A stretch of 16,232 nucleotides of DNA, from NCBI RefSeq assembly GCF_006345805.1, contig NW_021825209.1, positions 1 through 16,232 on the forward strand, in the 5' to 3' direction. Within the stretch, counting starts at the first letter, position 1, and each line of letters begins with the position of its first letter. Origin of the DNA: Octopus sinensis. Taxonomy: Eukaryota. Under the pieces are notes generated by a model. That model had not been told where the DNA came from and did not search any database. It was given only the letters and a program-made list of their open reading frames with translations. Position numbers and translations under genes: made by a program. Positions 9,140-16,232 of the stretch are shown here, piece after piece.

Positions 9140-9799
9140 CATCCATCGGTAAAATTTCCACTTATTTCTTATTTTTATTTTCCTAAAATTTTCGTTGCGT
9201 CTTGCAACCTTTTCACTAGTCTTGAATCTGTCCGTTATTTACACTGCGTTCCTCCTTGTTTGTTTGTGCGCATGTGTGTGGGTCAATGTGTTTGTGTACC
9301 TATGCTTAACGAAGCCCCAATCACAAAACATGTAGCATCATCACTTCTTTGTCTCTTTTATTACTACATGTGAGTGGTTTCAAAACGACAATATGGCGGT
9401 TTCGGCTCCGTTTACCTTTGCCCCACGCTTGAACCGAAATCTGTATTTCTCTCAGAATTGTATTTCTTTATTAACTGTATTTATTGTTAATTATCTAACC
9501 GTCTTATTTTTTTTGGTTAATTGTATTTCATCGTTAACTACTTCTTTTGTAAAAACTATTTCGTTAATTTCGATAATAATGGTATTTCGTTGATAAATAT
9601 GTTTCGATCTTAATTTCTTTTCATTGTTAAATATATTGCTTTTATCAACTTCATTTCATTGTTAGATACAATTCTTTTGTTAATCATATTTCGTTGTTAA
9701 ATATATCGATTTTTTAAATCGTATTTGCTTCAGAATTGCACTGCATTATTAGATATATCTTTGTTAATTGTATTTCATTTGTTAATTTTATTTACTTAC

Positions 9800-9985
9800 T
9801 CTTTTATTCTTTTACTTGTTTCAGTTATTTGACTGCGGCTTTTTGGAAGCCTAGTACTTATTCTATCGGTCTCTTTTGCCGAACCGCTATGTTACGGAGA
9901 TGTAAACACACTAGCATCGGTTGTCAAGTGATGTTGCGGGTACAAACACACAAACATATACACACACTTACTTACGCATATATAT

Positions 9986-10018
<33 letters not shown>

Positions 10019-10171
10019 CGACGGGCTTCTTTTCAGTTTCCGTCTACCAAATCCACTCACAAGGCTTTGGTCGGCCCGAGGCTATAGTAGAAGACACTTG
10101 CCCAAGGTGTCACACAGTGGGACTGAACCCAGAACCATGTGGCCGGTAAGCAAGTTTCTTATCACACAGCC
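9800..10171 (-). mobile_element. SINE family A, well-preserved head with an internal deletion near the 3' end
   Basis: Minus strand reads GGCTGTGTGAT..GGGTTCAGTCCC (B box)..CACCTTGGGCAAGTGTCTT (CORE-like), then a TA tract and the 3' module shared with 4169-4370. Confidence 0.9.
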
Positions 10172-10996
10172 AATTTTATTAATTACATTTCATTGCAAAA
10201 TAAATTACTTGTATTAATCTGTTTAGACTTCAGCTTATATATTTTTTTTTTTTTTTGCTAATTGCAATTTCTTGTAAATTATATTTCTTTTCTCAAAAGA
10301 ATTTCGATGAAAATTGTATTTCGCTGTTAATCATAACCATTTTCTTAATTATATTTGTTATTAATATTTTTTCACTGTTAAATATATTTCGTGACTTAAT
10401 TGTATTTCGTTGTCGTTTTTTTTTTTTTTGTTAAACGTATTTCGTTGTTCATAGCATTTTGTGGTTAATTATAATTCATCGTTAACTGAATTTCAGTTTT
10501 ATTTATCTCACTTTTGTTAATAACATTTTATGTCAATTGTATTTGTTAGGAAATTATTTTTCTTCTAAACTGTTTTCAAACCAACAACCAGCATGTGTTT
10601 TGCAGTGGAATTAATCTATCAAACCACCAGTTGACAGCCAAATACTATCCGTACACAGAGATAGACATTAAATTCATAATTTAGAAGAATATCGCCTTTT
10701 TATACGGGAAATATTGTCTCACTTGTATAAAATATTTTTTCGTTTTCCAACGGGGTAACGCCATTGTAGGGTGGTGAGAGCGGGATGCTATGCTGAAAGT
10801 AAAGCTAGGTTAGGAGGAATGAACAGGTGAAGGGAAGTGATACTTGAGAAGTTAGGAATTGGCGATGGGGAAACCAGAATCTAAGAATGAAAGATGGCAG
10901 AATTGAACAATGAAGAAGAAACGTTGGAAAATGTAGAAAAATTATAAATTTTAAAATGACGAGAAGCTGAGGGAGTGTGAAAGGATCAAATATATT

Positions 10997-11199
10997 CTTT
11001 TCTACCCTAGGTACAAAGCCCTAAATTTATGAGGAGGGGGCTAGTCGATTGGATCGACTCCAGTGTGTAACTGATACTTAATTTATCAACCCCGAAAGGA
11101 TGAAAGGCAAAATCGACCTAGGTGAAATTTGAACTCAGAACGTAAAGACAGACGATATGCTGTTAAGCATTTCGCCCGGCGTGCTAACGTTTCTGCCAG
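10997..11199 (-). mobile_element. SINE family B with a different 3' tail variant
   Basis: 11045-11199 is collinear with 8985-9139 but the tails differ. Confidence 0.88.
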
Positions 11200-11248
11200 T
11201 ATAACTTTGCATACATAACGGAACCCACGTAAAGCTTAATATCGTATA

Positions 11249-12026
11249 TTAGCAGTATAGCCCGGCGTTGCTTGGGTTTGTTTTTTATTTGCGCTTAAAA
11301 CGACAGACTTTGATGTCGCGTTTACAAAGTTTTGACATAGTTTCAATCTATGAATAAAAATATAGTGTGGCGATGCTCGAGTTTGCACTGAATGTGCATT
11401 GGATCAACTGATCCGTCGTACGCTCAAAACCAATGACATTACAAAAAACTCTTTTCGACCCTTTAGAATTTGAATTTTTGAAAAATAAAAAGTTTGCATT
11501 ATGTAGCTTGTTATTCTCTTTAAGTGAACATTTTTCTGGTTGAAATACACCGAAAAATAGCAACAGAGCAGTCAAAAAATTGTAAAAAATAGGGATTTTC
11601 ATAGACAAAAGCACCATTTTGATTTAAATAAATTTTAGTCTTAACATGGTCCGATTTGAATTTTTTCTTCTACGGAATGAAGAGCAAGCCTTCTTCTATC
11701 ATACTCTCAATTTTGGTCAACTTGTGCTGCAGGGTCTCCGAGGATATGGTGTTAGTTGAAAGCTATCAAACCTGCCACACACAGACAACTGCAGCTTTAT
11801 AAATCGTAAAAAATAGGGATTTTCATAGAAAAAAAGCACCTTTTTCATGTAAATAATTTTTGGTGTTAACATGGTCCGATTTGAATTTTTTCTTGTACGA
11901 AATAAAGAGCAAACCTTCTATCATACTTTCAATTTTGGTCAACTTGCACCGCAGGGTCTCGGAGGAGATAGTGTTAGTTGAAGGCTACCAAACCTGCCAT
12001 ACACAGACAACTTCAGCTTTATATAT
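11249..12026 (-). mobile_element. Non-autonomous Helitron-like element with two 5' ends
   Basis: The minus-strand 3' end reads ACCCAAGCAACGCCGGGCTATACTG-CTAA|T (degenerate GC hairpin plus CTRR, followed by T). The 5' end reads ATATATAAAGCTGAAGTTGTC, like a Helitron start but lacking the terminal TC. The 5' block is tandemly repeated (11581-11804, 11805-12026). Confidence 0.7.
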
Positions 12027-12937
12027 CGTATATTATACTTACGAAAAGTTATTTGCGCTTTCATTTTGTTTTATCGTTGTTGTTTTTCTTTTTTCTACTT
12101 ACATCTCTTGCATCGTTTTTCGCGGCTCTGGTGTTGAAATCGACTCTAATCCATCTCATTTATTTTTTCTTAGTACTCTACGGAACCACCTATCTTTTAA
12201 AACACACTCACTGCTTCTTATGTTTATTTTTATTCCCTCTTATCTCCTATATTAATCTACAATATGAAGCACAGAGCGAACGTTCGCGTTAGAGATAAGT
12301 ATTCTTGGCAATATTGTTATTTCCATTTTTTTGCCATTATCTGCAAACGCACGTTTCGATATCTTTCGATCTGATCGGTAGAACTCATGGACAATTAGAT
12401 TTTTGTCAATTATATTCTTTTGTTAATTAAATTTCATCGTTACTTTTATTTCTCATTATTTCGCAGTTTAATTACATTTCATTTGTTATTGTACTTTGTT
12501 GCTAATTATATTTCGCTTTTAATTGCTTTTTCTAGTTAATTTTACTACAGCGTCATTCTATTAACTTGTTTATTTATATATCTTATTAATTTCATTTTGT
12601 TGTTAATAGTATTTTCTTGTTAATTGCATTTCTGCCTTAATTATATTTCATTGTTAATTACTTTTCGTAGTTAATTGTATTTCCTTGTTTAACTATATTT
12701 CCTTGTTAATTGTATTTCATTGTTAATCGTATTGTTAATATCACCTAATTATATTTCATTTTGTTACGCCGCAACCGAACACTTCGTTTCAATACAAAGC
12801 CATTAAAATTAAATAAGCTTGCCATGAGATATGAAACAAACTCTCCCGCTTAACAACAGAATAATACAAGATAGAAAATGCGCGCTCACAAAACAAACCA
12901 TTGACGCTATTGTGTTCGTTATTTAACCCAGGGTAAC

Positions 12938-13137
12938 GTGGTGAGCTGGTGGAATTGGTTAAAATGGTTAGCGGTATTTCTTCGAGATGTTTACCTTCTG
13001 AGTTTTAAATTCCGCTGAAGTGAAATTTGCCTTTCGCCCTTTCTGGATCGATAAAATAGCAGAACTCGAGTACTAAGATCGACATCTTCATCCCCAACAA
13101 AATTTCAGGATTTGTACCTATTGTAGAAATAATTATT
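12938..13137 (+). mobile_element. Degenerate SINE family B
   Basis: GTGGTGAGCTGG..TTAGCGGTATTTC..TTCTGAGTTTTAAATTCCGCTGAAGT..TTTGCCTTTCGCCCTTTCTGGATCGATAAA..AAATTTCAGGATTTGTACCT is the reverse-complement match to 10997-11199. Confidence 0.8.
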
Positions 13138-13148
13138 CAACCCCAGGA

Positions 13149-13231
13149 GGGCAGCGAGTTCTCAGAATTATTATCGTGCCACACAGTAAGATTAGATTCG
13201 TCCGTCTTTATGTTCTGAGTTCAAATTCCGA
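13149..13231 (+). mobile_element. SINE family B head, truncated just after the B box
   Basis: GGCAGCGAG...TTCGTCCGTCTTTATGTTCTGAGTTCAAATTCCG. Confidence 0.7.
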
Positions 13232-13232
13232 G

Positions 13233-13810
13233 TATACCTGTGAAGACAGTCAAAAGAAGCATTTGACCCAGACTGCCTTCTTCAAACTGTTAAACATGGA
13301 GGAGGATCTGTGATGATTTGGGGGTGGGCTATATCTTGGAAATCCGCCCTTCATGGCAGAATTAATAGTCAAGACCATTGAAGCATTTTATTTGATCAAA
13401 TTTATTCTATGGTCGCGGAACTGTTTCCGAAGGGAAACGCAATCGCTCAGGATGATAATGCACCAGTTCACACAGCTAAAGTTGTTACTGAATGGTACGA
13501 GGAATATTCTAGTGAAGTTGAACATCTTATCTAGCCACCACACACCCCAGATCTCAATATTATTGAACATTTATGGTACTTTTTAGAAAAGTACCATAAA
13601 TGAGATATCCTACATCATCATCACTACAAGAACCAGAGACTGTCTTAGTTGAAAAATGGACAAAAATTCCTTTGGAAATAATTCAAGCTTTGTACAAGTA
13701 CATACCTCGTAGAATTCAATTTGAAATTGCTTCCAAAGGCGCGCCTACCTCATATTAAATTTTATTTGTTTGAAACATTAAGGTGTTTTCATTACTTTAT
13801 CTAATCCCTG
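13233..13810 (+). pseudogene. Tc1-like transposase relic (3' half, DD36E spacing) with right terminus
   Basis: From 13256 the frame reads EAFDPDCLLQTVKHGGGSVMIWG...QDDNAPVHTAKVVTEWYEEYSSEVEHLI*PPHTPDLNIIEHLW, then after a frameshift RYPTSSSLQE...WTKIPLEIIQALYKYIPRRIQ...KGAPTSY* (stop 13756-13758). In-frame stops at 13379 and 13532. The right end ...TTATCTAATCCCTG is followed by TA at 13811. Confidence 0.92.
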
Positions 13811-13830
13811 TATATGTGTGTATATATATA

Positions 13831-13898
<68 letters not shown>

Positions 13899-13905
13899 CA
13901 TATAT
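13811..13905. repeat. (TA)n microsatellite at the transposon TA target
   Basis: Directly visible. Confidence 0.95.
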
Positions 13906-13992
13906 AATTATTATTTGAGGGAATAAAATCCAAACTTACAAGGAAAAAGAATTCAATTTAGAAATACTAAATCAAATTCCACACAATTAATC

Positions 13993-14130
13993 TATATAAA
14001 ATATTAGAAAAATCACTACTTTTTATATTATTTTAATTTTAACTTTTCTATAATATGTAATTTTCTAGATGGTGTAATTTAATTATTCATTTTGAATTGA
14101 TAAAAGGTGGTTTTTCTAATATTTTATATA
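13993..14130. repeat. 25-bp inverted repeat enclosing 88 bp
   Basis: TATATAAAATATTAGAAAAATCACT (13993-14017) matches the reverse complement of 14106-14130 at 23 of 25 positions. Confidence 0.8.
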
Positions 14131-14202
14131 TACATTATATATATATATATATATGTGGTATAAGTATGGTGGGGTGTGATGCGTGTTTCTTTTTTCTCAT
14201 TT

Positions 14203-14240
<38 letters not shown>

Positions 14241-14300
14241 GTGTGTGTGTGTGTGTGTGTGTATGTATATATGTATATATATATATATACATACATATAT
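14130..14300. repeat. (TA)/(TG) tract
   Basis: Directly visible. Confidence 0.9.
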
Positions 14301-14684
14301 CAAGGACGAGAACATGTTTAGGGGTTGATAAAATAAGAACTAGCTTAACATTACGATTTCTGTAATCGACTGGAGCATTTCCCAAAAATCTTATACCATA
14401 TGATTATACTAAAATGGATATGAGATTATCTGTGTTTGTGTGTGTGTGTTATGTTTGAATCTTTTTCTACATATAGGGGTATTTCGATTTTGGGGTCACG
14501 TACTCAACGTTAAGCTCTTCGCATTATGAAACGTTCTGTTGCTCACCACATATTATCTTCTGAAGTGTCGTTTAATACTTCATAATATATGAGGTCTTGT
14601 TCAGTCTCAAGTCAAGAAAATATTTATAAGAAATTTTTACTGATAATGAAAAAAATGGACCATCACCTCACTGTGTCCCCCACC

Positions 14685-14700
14685 ACATACACACACACAT

Positions 14701-14746
<46 letters not shown>

Positions 14747-15243
14747 ATGCATATGTATATACATATGTATATATATATATACGTTTATATACATATATGG
14801 ATCCGTACCTATGTATATATATAAAAAGTATACATACATACATACATGCATACAAACACACGTATATAAATAATACACAGAAGATATTAATGTAAATTTA
14901 TTAACAATATAACGTTTATATATATGTTATATATATATATTATTGACAATATAACGTGTATATATATATATATATTATATATATTATATATATATTATAT
15001 ATATTAGATATATAATATATATATATAATGTATATATATATATATATATATAAAGTATAACATTATATATATATAGAGAGAGAGAGGGAGAGAAAGGAAA
15101 GGGGTGAGAGATATCAATGATACAATATAATATTGAAGTATTTTATTTAACATATAAATAGATTTAATGTATATATACGCTTTTGTACATTTGCACACAC
15201 ATATATACACTTATGATCATAGATATCCTATAAAGAATATATA

Positions 15244-15289
<46 letters not shown>

Positions 15290-15335
15290 TGAAATATATA
15301 TATGTGTATATGTGTGTGTTTTTGTGTGTGTATAC

Positions 15336-15373
<38 letters not shown>

Positions 15374-15412
15374 TATATAGTATAGAATATATGTGTATAC
15401 ATATATATATGA

Positions 15413-15444
<32 letters not shown>

Positions 15445-15790
15445 ATACACTGCAATATTACATTTAAATATATTTTTTTCTGGCGAATCCTAATAAATAT
15501 AAGACACGCATTAATACTTTTCTTTATAGATAAGGATATATATATATATAATATATATATATATATATTGATATATAAGCAATCATAAATCTCTGAACGA
15601 GGAATATATATATTATATATATACATACATAAATATATATATATATATACATATTCTATATACATATATAATATTATATATATAATACATAATATATATT
15701 ATATATATATATATATCTATATAATCTATATATATATATATTATATAATATACATATATATATATAATGTATGTACGTGTGTGTATAATC
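14685..15790. repeat. Extended (TA)/(CA)/(TG) low-complexity field with short unique islands
   Basis: Directly visible. Confidence 0.92.
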
Positions 15791-16069
15791 ATGTGCCTAC
15801 GCGCCTTTGTGTGTGTGTTTGTGGATGTATGGTGTACGTATTGTATGGCTTGTTTCACTAGCTGCCATTCCTCTCCAACTTTATTGCAGTGTACACACAA
15901 CCTTAACAATCTGTACGTATGGAAAAACGTAATAAATTCACGTTTAACATTATTAAATAGAAGAGAGAGAATGAAATCAAGTCATACATAATAAGCCGGA
16001 AACAGTCTGAGTTTCCATCCGTTTAGAAGCAAATATTTATGAAGGAACTCGGCTCCGTTAATTGCTTTT

Positions 16070-16190
16070 CCTTCTATTTCTCTTTCTCTGCCCCTACACC
16101 TTCTGACCTCCCCCTCTTATCTCCCTCTCTCTGTTTCTCACTACTTTCTTACTCTCTCTCTCTCTCTCACTATATCTCTATTTCTCTTTC
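16070..16190. repeat. (CT)-rich polypyrimidine tract
   Basis: Directly visible. Confidence 0.8.
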
Positions 16191-16232
16191 TTCAACACTT
16201 CATGTCACTCTAGATTTCAATATGGCGATATT

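Larger units (their letters stand above)
9450..12760 (+). repeat. Ancient 17-bp minisatellite (approximate consensus GTTAATTRTATTTCRTT) in three patches: ~9450-9800, ~10195-10560, ~12400-12760
   Basis: Units start at 12602, 12619, 12636, 12653, 12670, 12687, 12705 and 12722. The same 17-bp spacing occurs at 9516/9533. Confidence 0.8.

Noticed and set aside
12276-12287. Perfect 12-bp palindrome GCGAACGTTCGC
   Set aside because: Single occurrence with no context, compatible with chance.
14319-14340. TAGGGGTTGATAAAATAAGAAC resembles the terminal repeat of the Tc1 relic
   Set aside because: It lies downstream and points away, so it cannot pair with the 13810 end. The match is short and AT-rich.
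276-15991. The many ORFs rich in YI/CV/HT/RE dipeptides (e.g. 576-833, 585-875, 5617-5835, 14589-14873, 15228-15665)
   Set aside because: These are stop-free translations of (TA)n, (TG)n, (CA)n and (GA)n microsatellites, not genes.

Overview
AT-rich, microsatellite-dense eukaryotic non-coding DNA (intronic or intergenic), most likely from an octopus or other coleoid cephalopod. That assignment is inferred from recalled SINE families and the repeat style, not from a database search. No host protein-coding exon can be supported, and most predicted ORFs are translations of (TA)n/(CA)n/(GA)n tracts. The window is a nested set of decayed mobile elements: about a dozen copies or fragments of three tRNA-derived SINE families, a 5'-truncated CR1/L2-type LINE 3' end, a Tc1-like transposase relic with DD36E spacing, a second Tc1/mariner 3' end, a Tigger/pogo-like left end, a non-autonomous Helitron-like element with two 5' ends, and an old 17-bp minisatellite broken up by insertions. 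The most unusual observations are three degenerate hammerhead-ribozyme-like motifs on the minus strand (Penelope/retrozyme type), a ~250-bp fold-back palindrome hidden in a TA tract, and a TSD-like direct repeat around the Helitron-like element.
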